NCBI GenBank assembly: GCA_021786315.1
Contig: JAJYNN010000002.1
Coordinates: 462,997-526,996 of the forward strand
Length of the DNA stretch: 64,000 nt
Origin: a bacterium
Lineage (GTDB): Bacteria > Patescibacteriota > Microgenomatia > Daviesbacterales > UBA10151
Direction: 5' to 3'
The translations under genes were made by a program, and so were the position numbers. Position 1 is the first letter of the stretch. Each line of letters begins with the position of its first letter. Positions 1-9,146 of the stretch are shown here, piece by piece. The notes below the pieces were generated by a model that saw only the letters and a program-made list of their open reading frames with translations, was not told the DNA's origin and did not search any database.

Positions 1-263
1 TAATCTCGATTGTGAATGTTGGTAATGGAGCCAATGTTCCCCGGGTTTTTGATGCTTTGGCTAAGGCTAATTCTCCGGCTGGGGTAAAAAAAGTTACCTG
101 GCTCATTGATGGAGCCCAAAAGAATGTCCAAACAGCGGAACCTTTTGCCCAGCATGTAGAGTTTGCTGCTGGTGATAAGGGCTCACACACCATCACGGTG
201 ACTCTGGAAGATAACAATGGTCAGACATATTCCGCTTCTATTGGGGTAACGGTAGCGCTGTAG
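1..263 (+). CDS. 3' end of a protein with a C-terminal Ig-like (Big) domain, possibly a PBP1a-type protein; begins upstream of the window
   Basis: Frame is open from the window edge; Ig-like pattern VKKVTWLIDG...GSHTITVTLEDNNG. Confidence 0.5.
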   Translation, partial: ISIVNVGNGANVPRVFDALAKANSPAGVKKVTWLIDGAQKNVQTAEPFAQHVEFAAGDKGSHTITVTLEDNNGQTYSASIGVTVAL

Positions 264-317
264 AATTTTTAATTTTAAATTTAAAATTTTCAATAGAAAT
301 TGAAAATTAGTAACTAC

Positions 318-2030
318 TCACACAAATTCGGTTATGTCTATTTCGAATACAGCTACTCTTTTATCTATTCCAAATCTATTGATAATTCTGGGATGGGCTT
401 CGCCCATGGCACCGGAATTCATTTTAAGGAATCGGGTTGGATGAAATACTAACCTTTCTCTCCCATCCTGGCCGTTTTCTTGCAAAGTGATGTTCAAGTT
501 TAGGGCTTTTGCTGCTTTCTGCCAGATTACATGAAGTGTTTTTAATGGGTTATCTGTTCCGTCAGACAAAGCCGCTGATAAAACATACTTTTCTTCCGGC
601 CCGCTTTCGCCGGGAATATAAACTTTGCCAATCTCAAAAATTCCCACCTCGGACATATTCTTAAGGTTTTCCGCAACCTTTTCTACTAAATTAGGCATGA
701 TACTGTTCCTTAGGTATTCGGTTTCCACTGACATCGGATTGGCAATTTTTATTAATCTCTCTGTTGGAATCTCAAAGTTCTTGAGAATCTGGGTGGGAAA
801 AAAGGAATAGGTTTGGACTTCATCAAGCCCGCTATCTGCCAGCGCTTTTTTAAGACTATAGATCAGCTCAAAAAGGCTTTGGTCAACTTTTTCCGGCATT
901 TTACCGACAAGCTCTTTGGCTTTGATATTCTCATACCCATACATCCTGGCCACTTCCTCCACCACATCAGCTTCAATCTCAATATCCAACCTCCAATATG
1001 GGGGCTTTACGTTCACGCAAGGCGTCACCTTGCCGTGTAAGGCGTCACCTTGCACAGGCTCAGCAACTTGGAAGTGAAGTTTTTCTAAGGCTGATTTGAT
1101 ATAGGCAGAATCAATGTCTGCTCCTACGAGTGAGCGAAGTTTTTCTTCAGATACCAAAATGTTCCTTGGCTCCTCTTTAAGGTTATCAATGATTGTTACT
1201 GCTGTAAGTGTTCCGCCTAGACCTTCATACATCTTTATGGCGGCTTCCAGGGCCTCAAACAACCTCTTTTTTGTTAACCCGTGTTGAAATCTCCTGCTGG
1301 CTTCTGAAGGCAGGGCTAAACGTCCGGCTGTTCTTCTGATGGAAGTCGGATCAAAGATAGCTGCTTCCAAAAAGATGGTTGTAGTCGAATCGCTAATTTC
1401 ACTATCCTTACCTCCCATAACCCCAGCCAACCCCACGGCTTTTTCGGTATCGGCAATGACTAAATCCACAGGTTCCAAAACCCTTTTCTTGTGGTCCAAA
1501 GTTTCCAGCTCTTCCCCGACCCCGGCAGTTCGAACTACCAGAGTTTGGTCTTTCACTCTGGAAGCGTCAAAAGCATGCAATGGCTGGCCATATTCCAACA
1601 TAACCAAATTGGTAACATCGGCCACATTATTAATGGCCCGCATTCCGGAACTGGCTAATTTCTTAGCCCAATCTTTTTCAGAAGGGGCAACCTTTAATCC
1701 CTCAATTTTGGCAATACAATAAAGCGGAGCCAGATCCAAAGCTTCAACCTCGACTGGGGTTTCTGACAGTTTTTGGGTAACCCAGCGATAACTTGATTCT
1801 TCTGATTCAGTAAACGAAACCTCAGAATCAGTTAAAGCTGCTACCTCATAAGCTACACCCCGAAGAGATAAAAGATCGGGTCTGTTATAACCCTTTAAAT
1901 CCAGCTCAATGTGGTCCTCAGTTACTTCCCTGACTCCGCCCTGGATCCGGGAGTTTAAAAGTTCTGCCAACTTTTCATCAGAGACACTGATTTTTACTAA
2001 TTCTTTTAACCAATTTAGGGAAACTTTCAC
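318..2030 (-). CDS. pheT: Phenylalanine-tRNA ligase beta subunit (short form)
   Basis: MKVSLNWLKE start, NRPDLLS, INNVADVTNLVMLEYGQPLHAFD, EEVARMYGY; adjacent to pheS. Confidence 0.97.
   Translation of the reverse strand: MKVSLNWLKELVKISVSDEKLAELLNSRIQGGVREVTEDHIELDLKGYNRPDLLSLRGVAYEVAALTDSEVSFTESEESSYRWVTQKLSETPVEVEALDLAPLYCIAKIEGLKVAPSEKDWAKKLASSGMRAINNVADVTNLVMLEYGQPLHAFDASRVKDQTLVVRTAGVGEELETLDHKKRVLEPVDLVIADTEKAVGLAGVMGGKDSEISDSTTTIFLEAAIFDPTSIRRTAGRLALPSEASRRFQHGLTKKRLFEALEAAIKMYEGLGGTLTAVTIIDNLKEEPRNILVSEEKLRSLVGADIDSAYIKSALEKLHFQVAEPVQGDALHGKVTPCVNVKPPYWRLDIEIEADVVEEVARMYGYENIKAKELVGKMPEKVDQSLFELIYSLKKALADSGLDEVQTYSFFPTQILKNFEIPTERLIKIANPMSVETEYLRNSIMPNLVEKVAENLKNMSEVGIFEIGKVYIPGESGPEEKYVLSAALSDGTDNPLKTLHVIWQKAAKALNLNITLQENGQDGRERLVFHPTRFLKMNSGAMGEAHPRIINRFGIDKRVAVFEIDITEFV
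1019..1053. repeat. Two direct copies of AAGGCGTCACCTTGC (REP-like imperfect palindrome) in-frame inside pheT
   Basis: 15-bp copies at 1019-1033 and 1039-1053; related copies at 52315-52399 and 61407-61421. Confidence 0.75.
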
Positions 2031-3082
2031 GATTTTTCCTCCTCATATTTTAAAAGTTTACTTAAATCCCCGCTTAAGAAAGTCCGGATATCATCAATCC
2101 CATACTTGAGCATTAAAATCCGGGAAGGTCCAAAACCCCAGGCAATTCCCGAATATTCTTCCGGATCAACGCCGCCATTTCTTAAAACTGTGGGATGGAT
2201 CATTCCGGCACCTGCCAACTCCAGCCAACCGGCAAAACCGCAAATCTTACAGCCCTTGCCCTCACAAAAGATACATTCGCCGTCTACTCCCACTCCCGGT
2301 TCAACGAAGGGATAGTACTTTGGCCGCATCCTGACCTTGATGTCTTTGCCGAAGATAGTCCTAAGGAAATATTCTGACAAATACTGCAAATTTGCCATGC
2401 TTAAGTTTTTATCCACATAAACAATTTCAAATTGCTCAAAGGTGTGTTCGTGGCGGGCATCCAAATTTTCGTAGCGGAAACAGCGGCCGATATTCATCAT
2501 CCTGATAGGCAGCTTATTTTCCCTCATAATCCTGACCTGGGAATTAGAAGTGTGAGTCCTCAGAAGCATCTTTCCCGGCTGGATCCCAAACTTTTCACTG
2601 TCTATATACATAGTGTCCCAAAGATCACGGGCCGGATGGTTTTCCGGGATGTTCAATAAACCAAAATTAAATTCGTCGGTATCTATGTGAGGTGCATCAA
2701 ATCTTTGGAAACCAAGCTTTTCAAAAAGCTCCACCACTTCTTTTTCAAAGGTAGTAAAGACGTGCAAATGGCCTTTTTTATCAAGTGGTTTGCCACCTTC
2801 AAGATCTAACTTCTCATTTTCCAGAAGCCGGTAACCTTCTTCCCGGATTCCTTCTCTTCTGGCTTCAATAACTGTTTCCAGCTCTTTCTTAATTTGGGCC
2901 AAAAGCGGGGCAACTTTGGGTAACTGGTCCTTGGGAAGATTGGGGAACTCTTTGGTGGCCAAAGTTATTTCCCCATTTTTACCAAAAAGAGCCAAAAAAA
3001 TCTCATCAAGATCTTTTAAATTTTTAGCTTTGGCAACCTTTTCTAAATAAGTATTTTTAATTTGTAATAACTTCTCTTCCAT
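2027..3082 (-). CDS. pheS: Phenylalanine-tRNA ligase alpha subunit
   Basis: HPARDLWDT, LLRTHTS, YYPFVEPG, ELAGAGMIHP motifs. Confidence 0.98.
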   Translation of the reverse strand: MEEKLLQIKNTYLEKVAKAKNLKDLDEIFLALFGKNGEITLATKEFPNLPKDQLPKVAPLLAQIKKELETVIEARREGIREEGYRLLENEKLDLEGGKPLDKKGHLHVFTTFEKEVVELFEKLGFQRFDAPHIDTDEFNFGLLNIPENHPARDLWDTMYIDSEKFGIQPGKMLLRTHTSNSQVRIMRENKLPIRMMNIGRCFRYENLDARHEHTFEQFEIVYVDKNLSMANLQYLSEYFLRTIFGKDIKVRMRPKYYPFVEPGVGVDGECIFCEGKGCKICGFAGWLELAGAGMIHPTVLRNGGVDPEEYSGIAWGFGPSRILMLKYGIDDIRTFLSGDLSKLLKYEEEKS

Positions 3083-3121
3083 CTTGGGTTAAATTCTAAC
3101 ATAGAAGCCAGGAGTTGGAAA

Positions 3122-3562
3122 TCAGGGCCTGAATTTGGAGTTTCGTTTGACAAGTTTGGCGTTATAAACAATTTCCCTGACTTCCCCATCTTCCCCTTCA
3201 ATCTCGTTAGCCCCAGACATTCTTCTGAACTCTTGCAGGTAATCCGACAAAGCGGCTTTAAGCTCTTTGACCTCAGATCTTAAGCTTTTAACCTTTTCCG
3301 CCAGCTCAAAAACCTGGGGCTGTTTCATAATCTCTGCCCGGGTGGCAGATTTGATTTTTGCAGCTTCTTTGGCGGCCTCGGAGTGCGCCCGGTAAGTTTC
3401 ATCGTTTTCAAAGATGTCATCCAGCATCTCCTTGTGTTTTTTGGCTTCTTCGGAAATCCTATCAATACTCGAAACGTGGTTTTTAATCATCTGCTCAAGA
3501 TTGATGATAATAGCAGCCTGACTGGTGGTGTCAGCGGTTTGATTTACTTGTTCTTCGTCCAT
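3122..3562 (-). CDS. Hypothetical coiled-coil protein
   Basis: 146-aa ORF co-oriented with the operon, helical charged composition. Confidence 0.75.
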   Translation of the reverse strand: MDEEQVNQTADTTSQAAIIINLEQMIKNHVSSIDRISEEAKKHKEMLDDIFENDETYRAHSEAAKEAAKIKSATRAEIMKQPQVFELAEKVKSLRSEVKELKAALSDYLQEFRRMSGANEIEGEDGEVREIVYNAKLVKRNSKFRP

Positions 3563-3608
3563 GACAATCTAATATAGCGGAATTTTCCTGGTAAAAACAA
3601 GAGGGAAT

Positions 3609-3953
3609 TTATTTTGACTCGGAGATGACTTGCTTGAAGGCTTCGAGGTCGTGGGCGGCCAACTCAGCAAGCATTTTTCTGTTTAAGAGAATATTTTTCT
3701 CTTTCAGGGCAGCCATAAATTTGGAATAAGATAGGCCCTCGTTATTTAAGGCAATCCCCATTTGGGTAATCCAAAGTTTACGCATATCCCTTCTTCTTTG
3801 GCGGCGTCCGGCCAAGGCGTATTGACCAGCGTGCAAGCTGGCGGACTTTCCCTCTTTGATGAGCTTGCTGCGGCCACCTTGATAGCCCTTGGTAAGCTCG
3901 TGTAATTTTTTATGTTTTCTGTGTGCGGTCATGCCGCGTTTTACTCTAGCCAT
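3609..3953 (-). CDS. rplT: 50S ribosomal protein L20
   Basis: MARVKRG...RKLWI...YSKFM...LNRKMLAELA. Confidence 0.97.
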   Translation of the reverse strand: MARVKRGMTAHRKHKKLHELTKGYQGGRSKLIKEGKSASLHAGQYALAGRRQRRRDMRKLWITQMGIALNNEGLSYSKFMAALKEKNILLNRKMLAELAAHDLEAFKQVISESK

Positions 3954-3958
3954 CTCTT

Positions 3959-4025
3959 GAATTTAGAATGCAGAATTTAGAATGCAGAATTAAATTCATA
4001 ATTCATTATTCTTAATTCCTAATTC
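3959..4025. repeat. ~68-bp palindromic element built from 7-bp GAATTNN-like units
   Basis: gaattta gaatgca gaattta gaatgca gaattaa followed by inverted attcata attcatt attctta attccta; closely related copy within gatD. Confidence 0.8.
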
Positions 4026-4174
4026 GTCTTTCCTCCTTTTCCTCTTACCTTTAACAGGTTAGTTATTTTACCATACCAGGAGCCTGATCTGTTGATTTGG
4101 GAATAAGTTTGGGCTCCCCGGTTTCCGGACATCGACCTGTTGGATTGTCGGAAATTGCGGACAGTTCTCCCCAT
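4019..4174 (-). CDS. Small basic 51-aa ORF between rpmI and rplT (not in ORF track)
   Basis: ATG 2 nt after the rpmI stop; MGRTVRNFRQSNRSMSGNRGAQTYSQINRSGSWYGKITNLLKVRGKGGKTN. Confidence 0.55.
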   Translation of the reverse strand: MGRTVRNFRQSNRSMSGNRGAQTYSQINRSGSWYGKITNLLKVRGKGGKTN

Positions 4175-4176
4175 TT

Positions 4177-4374
4177 TTACTTCCCCAGCATCCTCCTGAT
4201 ACTTTTTTCAATAGTTTTAGAAAGCTGGACAGGAACATGATGCCGTCTTAGCGCTTCGGCGCTTTTGTTTCGGCGTAAATGTCCGGAACGGAGTTGATGT
4301 GAACGCATAATCTTTCCGGTTCCGGTAATCTTAATTTTTTTCAATAATGTTTTTCTGGTTTTAATCTTTGGCAT
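4177..4374 (-). CDS. rpmI: 50S ribosomal protein L35
   Basis: MPKIKTRK...KITGTGKI...H; lies between infC and rplT. Confidence 0.93.
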   Translation of the reverse strand: MPKIKTRKTLLKKIKITGTGKIMRSHQLRSGHLRRNKSAEALRRHHVPVQLSKTIEKSIRRMLGK

Positions 4375-4441
4375 ATTTTTCTTTGGACAGATCCGGACAT
4401 ATCTTTAGGGAAATATCTAGTTTACTTCCCGGATCGTCCAT

Positions 4442-4978
4442 TCATGTCTCTTCCTTACTGCCCTGCTGGTTATTTTTTGCAGGACTTACTATTGTTGTTA
4501 AATTTCTCCCCTCAAACTTGGTTTCCCTTTCAATAACCACCTTATCCCCTAAGAAAGCCAGCGCCTGGGTAACTACCTGATGTCCGGCTTCCGGGTGGGC
4601 CATTTCCCTACCCTTAAACTTGACTGTCAGTTTTACCCTGTCACCGTCTTCCAGAAAGCCCACTGCTCTCTTTAAGCGCACTTCCAAATCGTGTTGAGCA
4701 ATCCGAGGAGAGAGCCAAATCTCTTTTAATTCCACTTCCCTGGCATGCTTTTTAGCAGCTTGCTCTTTCTTTTCTTCCTTATACCTAAACTTTTCAAACT
4801 CAACAATCCTGGCTACCGGAGGCTTTGCCTCAGGTGCAACCTCTACCAAATCCAAACCTTGTTCTTCGGCAGTTTTTATTGCTTCCTCGCGACTTAGGAT
4901 TCCAAGTTGGGTGCCGTCGGCATTAATTACCCGAAGCTCTGTCGCCTGGATTCTGTCGTTGATTCGGTAATATTTAAT
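4442..4978 (-). CDS. infC: Translation initiation factor IF-3 with non-canonical ATT start (ATA at 4981 is the alternative)
   Basis: Frame extends upstream of the track ORF as IKYYRINDRIQATELRVINADGTQLGIL; GGAGG SD at 4993-4989; in-frame TAA immediately before ATA ATT. Confidence 0.95.
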   Translation of the reverse strand: MKYYRINDRIQATELRVINADGTQLGILSREEAIKTAEEQGLDLVEVAPEAKPPVARIVEFEKFRYKEEKKEQAAKKHAREVELKEIWLSPRIAQHDLEVRLKRAVGFLEDGDRVKLTVKFKGREMAHPEAGHQVVTQALAFLGDKVVIERETKFEGRNLTTIVSPAKNNQQGSKEET

Positions 4979-5018
4979 TATTTATTTCCCTCCATTTCGA
5001 AAAACTCAACAAGCAATA

Positions 5019-6848
5019 TTAGCACAGGTTAGCTTTAGATTCAATCTTAGATTTTATATCCTTCAAAAATTCCTCAAAACCGACAGCGCCCAAGTCTTTG
5101 CCATCCCGGGTGCGGACGGCAACTTTACCCTCTTTTTCTTCCCGGTCTCCCACGATTAACATATAGGGAATCTTTTGCAGCTGGGCATCCCGGATCTTGG
5201 CCTGCATCTTCTCTGGCCGGGAATCGAGCTCGGCCCGGATATTTGAGGACTTTAATTGTTCGAGTAATTTTTGTGAATATTCCAGGTTCCTATCGGTAAT
5301 GGGTACAATTTGTACCTGGATTGGTGAAAGCCAGACCGGAAAAGCCCCGCCAAAATGCTCAAGCAGGAAACCGGCCATTCTTTCATGCGACCCCAAAGGA
5401 GCCCGGTGGATAATGTAAGGCATTTTTTCCTTTCCACCTTCGTCAATATAGGTTAAGTTAAATCTTTGTGGCATATAAAGGTCAAGCTGGGTGGTTCCGA
5501 TGGCGTACTCCTTGCCAATTGATGACTTAATGTAGATATCGAGCTTGGGACCATAGTGGGCAGCTCCGCCCTCTTCAATGACGAACTTAATTCCAGCCTT
5601 CTCTACAGCTTCTTTGGTGAGTTTTTCTGCTTCATCCCACATTTTGTCATCGCCATGGTACTTTTTGCGCAGATTTTTGGGATCCCTAACCCCAAGCACT
5701 GCCCACCATTCTTTAATACCCAGTTGGTCGTAGTAGTATTGGTGCATGTTCAAAACCGAGATAAACTCCTCCACTGCCTTTTCCGGTTGGACATAAATAT
5801 GGGCATCATTTTGGCAAAATCCCCTGACCCTCATTAGCCCATGGAGTGTTCCCGATCGCTCAAAACGGTACACTTGCCCGTATTCGGCGATTCTTAGGGG
5901 GAGTTCGCGGTAACTTCTGAGCTTACTTTTATAAATCATGTGGTGATGAGGGCAATTCATCGGTTTGAGGTAATACTTTTCCCCTTCGATATCAATTGGC
6001 GAATATAAATCCTCGGCATAGTATGGAAGATGCCCGGAAATTTTATAAAGGTCTTCCTTAGTGATATGCGGCGTATAAACCCTTTGGTAACCCCACTTAT
6101 TCTCGGTTTCCTTCGCCCAGTTTTCTATTTGCTCGCGGATAATTGTTCCTTTGGGAAGCCATAGTATCAAGCCTGCTCCAATCTCATCGGAAATGGTAAA
6201 GATTCCTAGTTCCTGGCCTAGTTTACGGTGGTCCCGTTTCTTGGCTTCCTCAAGCATATTCAGATATTCCTCCAGTTCTTCTTTGGTGGGAAAGACTGTT
6301 CCGTAAATCCTGGTCAACATCTTATTTTTTTCGTTCCCCCTCCAATAGGCTCCGGCAATAGAGAGAAGCTTAAACGGGCCAATTTGGGTAGTGTTTTCTA
6401 TATGTGGACCACGGCACAAGTCAGTGAAGCTGTCTAGCTTATAAAAACTGACACTTTCAACCTGGCTTACATTTGGTAGACGTTCTTCAGTGTCTAACTT
6501 TTCCAGGTCTTCTACTTCGGTATGGCCAGTTTCTTTAAGGTGCTCAATAAGTTCAGCTTTATAGAGTTGCCCCTCATTTTTCACAACATCCAAAGCCTTA
6601 TCGATTGGCATTTCCGATCTCTCAAAAGAAAGATTTTGTTTTTGGAGTTGCCTCATCTTTTCCTCGATCTTGGGAAGGTCTTCCTCAGTGATTGCCTTAG
6701 GGAGATCAAAATCGTAGTAGAAACCGTTCTCGATAACCGGGCCAACTCCAAATTTTGTACCTGGATAAAGCTCGTTGACTGCCGCAGCCAAAAGATGGGC
6801 AGTACTGTGACGCATTTTATTTAATTGTTCTTGTTTTTTATCGTCCAT
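5019..6848 (-). CDS. thrS: Threonine-tRNA ligase
   Basis: RHSTAHLLA, DLCRGPH, KPMNCP, HRAPLGSHER; ATG at 6848 is the likely start. Confidence 0.98.
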   Translation of the reverse strand: MDDKKQEQLNKMRHSTAHLLAAAVNELYPGTKFGVGPVIENGFYYDFDLPKAITEEDLPKIEEKMRQLQKQNLSFERSEMPIDKALDVVKNEGQLYKAELIEHLKETGHTEVEDLEKLDTEERLPNVSQVESVSFYKLDSFTDLCRGPHIENTTQIGPFKLLSIAGAYWRGNEKNKMLTRIYGTVFPTKEELEEYLNMLEEAKKRDHRKLGQELGIFTISDEIGAGLILWLPKGTIIREQIENWAKETENKWGYQRVYTPHITKEDLYKISGHLPYYAEDLYSPIDIEGEKYYLKPMNCPHHHMIYKSKLRSYRELPLRIAEYGQVYRFERSGTLHGLMRVRGFCQNDAHIYVQPEKAVEEFISVLNMHQYYYDQLGIKEWWAVLGVRDPKNLRKKYHGDDKMWDEAEKLTKEAVEKAGIKFVIEEGGAAHYGPKLDIYIKSSIGKEYAIGTTQLDLYMPQRFNLTYIDEGGKEKMPYIIHRAPLGSHERMAGFLLEHFGGAFPVWLSPIQVQIVPITDRNLEYSQKLLEQLKSSNIRAELDSRPEKMQAKIRDAQLQKIPYMLIVGDREEKEGKVAVRTRDGKDLGAVGFEEFLKDIKSKIESKANLC

Positions 6849-6852
6849 ATGC

Positions 6853-6987
6853 AAAAAAATCCCCTCTGATCAACTTGATCATCAGGGACCCTAGATAGGA
6901 TGGTTCCACCCCGAAATTATACTTTTTGATCTGTTTCGTAGATCACCCGGGAAACTCCAAAGTTGGTGAGGCTTTTTCAACGCTTCT
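6853..6987 (-). ncRNA. T-box riboswitch (Thr) with very short stem I and intrinsic terminator
   Basis: T-box GGGGTGGAACC (6912-6902) with antiterminator; terminator hairpin plus T-run (6888-6853); ACC specifier at 6967-6965. Confidence 0.8.
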
Positions 6988-6993
6988 GAATAA

Positions 6994-7022
6994 ATTGTAG
7001 GGCTGGCTTGAGTTCTTGTCAA
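6994..7022 (-). promoter_or_regulatory. Sigma70 promoter of the thrS leader
   Basis: TTGACA-17 nt-TACAAT. Confidence 0.75.
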
Positions 7023-7243
7023 ATGATTGGCTGGTTGACTCCGGAAAATTGGCCCAAAAATGCTCCGATAGCTGCAAACACTCCGATGGTTTTTAGGAAG
7101 TAACCAATTATGGCCACGACCACCGTGGCTCCCACAACTGACCCAAAACCCCAGGCAAGGCCACCCAGGAAGTTATTTGCCATAATTTGCTTACGGCTAA
7201 GGTGAAGGTTAGTGGTTAATGGCCGTTCAAATGGCTGGGTCAT
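7019..7243 (-). CDS. Small membrane protein (DUF5665-like)
   Basis: FLGGLAWGFGSVVGATVVVAI hydrophobic motif. Confidence 0.65.
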   Translation of the reverse strand: MTQPFERPLTTNLHLSRKQIMANNFLGGLAWGFGSVVGATVVVAIIGYFLKTIGVFAAIGAFLGQFSGVNQPII

Positions 7244-7435
7244 ATATCCATTTAACCACAACTTGAGGTATCTGTGAAGATGGAGTAAAATGCGTGGGAT
7301 AAGGGATAAGTATTATGGAATATGGGTTCGAAAGATTTTTGTCCCGTAATACATACTACATGCCCCATTTCCCAAATAAAAAGGGCACTTTAAGTAGTTA
7401 TACACACGAAGCGTGGAACTACTGCAAGTGATCAA

Positions 7436-7511
7436 GGGCACTTAGCTCAGTTGGTAGAGCGTCTCATTGACGTTGAGAATGTCGGGGATTCGAGTTCCTC
7501 AGTGCCCACCA
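7436..7511 (+). tRNA. tRNA-Val(GAC), CCA encoded
   Basis: Cloverleaf; anticodon loop TT-GAC-GT. Confidence 0.95.
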
Positions 7512-7514
7512 AAC

Positions 7515-8219
7515 TTAGGTAGGTTGTTGCATATTCCGGTTTTCACCGTCGCGCAGCATATCCGCTCCGGACACCGGTTTTTGAACTTCTTCTGTTTTTT
7601 GCTGTTCCTGAATCTCCTCGATTTTATCTTCTTCTGCCCTGACAGATTGGTCTAAATCAATAGCATCTTTGACTCCCAGCGCTGCCTTAAAATTGGCTTG
7701 CCTGTTGAGCCTTCTGTTTTTCTCGTCTTCCGACATAGCAGCCACCTTTTCTCCGCCTACCCGAAAAACGTCTTTCAGAAGCCTTTCGTTGGTGATCTCG
7801 ACTTTTTTGGCTTCGGTAGTAGAAAACTGCTCCCTAACCCTGGCAAAATTAACAGTTTGCTCCTGCTTTTTGGCATTATCTTCTGAGGTAGAAGGTTTTT
7901 CGGGTTTAGCACCCTTTCCTAAAACATCCTCTTTAATTAAGCTAAAGAGGTCTCCGGTTATTTCGACGGCAGCTTTACCAGTTTCTTCAGCAATTTTAAC
8001 TGTACCGGATACAATATTATCCCCCATGGGAAGTGATCCCAGGAATACACTAGGTATAGTAGTTCTAATTGGTTCATAAGCTTCTGAACTTGAGGGAATT
8101 TGGCCAAAATCCTCTTCTCTTTCGTATTGAGCCTCAAAAGAAGCAAAGCCACCTATCGGTCTGACCCGGTTTTGGTTTACCTTCTCTTTTGTCTGATTAC
8201 TAGCTGTTTGGTTTGACAT
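7515..8219 (-). CDS. Hypothetical protein
   Basis: 234-aa ORF with no recognised motif. Confidence 0.7.
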   Translation of the reverse strand: MSNQTASNQTKEKVNQNRVRPIGGFASFEAQYEREEDFGQIPSSSEAYEPIRTTIPSVFLGSLPMGDNIVSGTVKIAEETGKAAVEITGDLFSLIKEDVLGKGAKPEKPSTSEDNAKKQEQTVNFARVREQFSTTEAKKVEITNERLLKDVFRVGGEKVAAMSEDEKNRRLNRQANFKAALGVKDAIDLDQSVRAEEDKIEEIQEQQKTEEVQKPVSGADMLRDGENRNMQQPT

Positions 8220-8352
8220 ATCCTAGACTTTGGGCAGTCTTTTATGTCTTTCTTAGCCTCATAGTGTATCACTTTGGAGGTGGAAGTCAAATGAGTCTTC
8301 TCACACATTAAGGAAAACTACCAGGCTTTTATCCGGTTTAGCCGATAACTAT

Positions 8353-8895
8353 CTATTGCTTAAGTTTTGTTGAAGTTTTGTAAACAGCCCAAGCTGCAAG
8401 CGATGAAGAATTCTTAAACTGGTTGTCCTTAATAAGCTGATCAATTTCCCTTTCTGACAACCAATGAGATTCTATTTCCTCCTCCTTGTCTAATTTTATT
8501 TGTCCCTTTTCTAGATCTTCTCCCAGAAAAACGTCAACTTTTGTTTCAGTCCGTCTGATATTTGAATAGAAATTTCCAAGGAGAGTTAGTTTGCCTACCT
8601 TAATTCCCGTTTCTTCCTCTAATTCACGACTAATTCCGGTTTCAATATTTTCTGATATTGGTACAAACCCTCCCGGAAATAAGTAAAACCATTCATTAGT
8701 GACATAAAAATATTCCTTAATCACTAAAATTTTGTCGTTTTTATCCCTGGCAATAACAGTTGGAGCATCTCCTCTATATTCAAATCGAAGGTAGCTAGTC
8801 TTTTCGCCATCCGGCAGCTCAACCTTGTCTTCCACAACGGTGAGTCTGGGATGATTAAGAATTTTTCTAGTTGATAAGCGCTTCCACATACACAC
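8353..8895 (-). CDS. NUDIX hydrolase (ADP-ribose pyrophosphatase-like)
   Basis: Nudix box GGFVPISENIETGISRELEEETG. Confidence 0.9.
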   Translation of the reverse strand: MCMWKRLSTRKILNHPRLTVVEDKVELPDGEKTSYLRFEYRGDAPTVIARDKNDKILVIKEYFYVTNEWFYLFPGGFVPISENIETGISRELEEETGIKVGKLTLLGNFYSNIRRTETKVDVFLGEDLEKGQIKLDKEEEIESHWLSEREIDQLIKDNQFKNSSSLAAWAVYKTSTKLKQ

Positions 8896-9034
8896 TAGTA
8901 TACAGAATAAGGCATTCTCAGCAAACTACGCAAAAGAATTGAGGAAAATAGTTGAAGCTAAAAGTGATCATAAAAATTTAGTTTGATCAAAAAAGGCGAT
9001 AAACTAACAAAAACCAAACTTGATTTTTCCGCGG

Positions 9035-9117
9035 TGCCCAGGAGAGGACTTGAACCTCCACGCCATTGCTGGCAATAGGTCCTAAACCTATCGTGTATAC
9101 CATTTCACCACCTGGGC
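9035..9117 (-). tRNA. tRNA-Leu(TAG)
   Basis: Cloverleaf with long variable arm; loop TT-TAG-GA. Confidence 0.95.
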
Positions 9118-9146
9118 TTCTTTCGTATTTTATCAAAAAAGGGATA

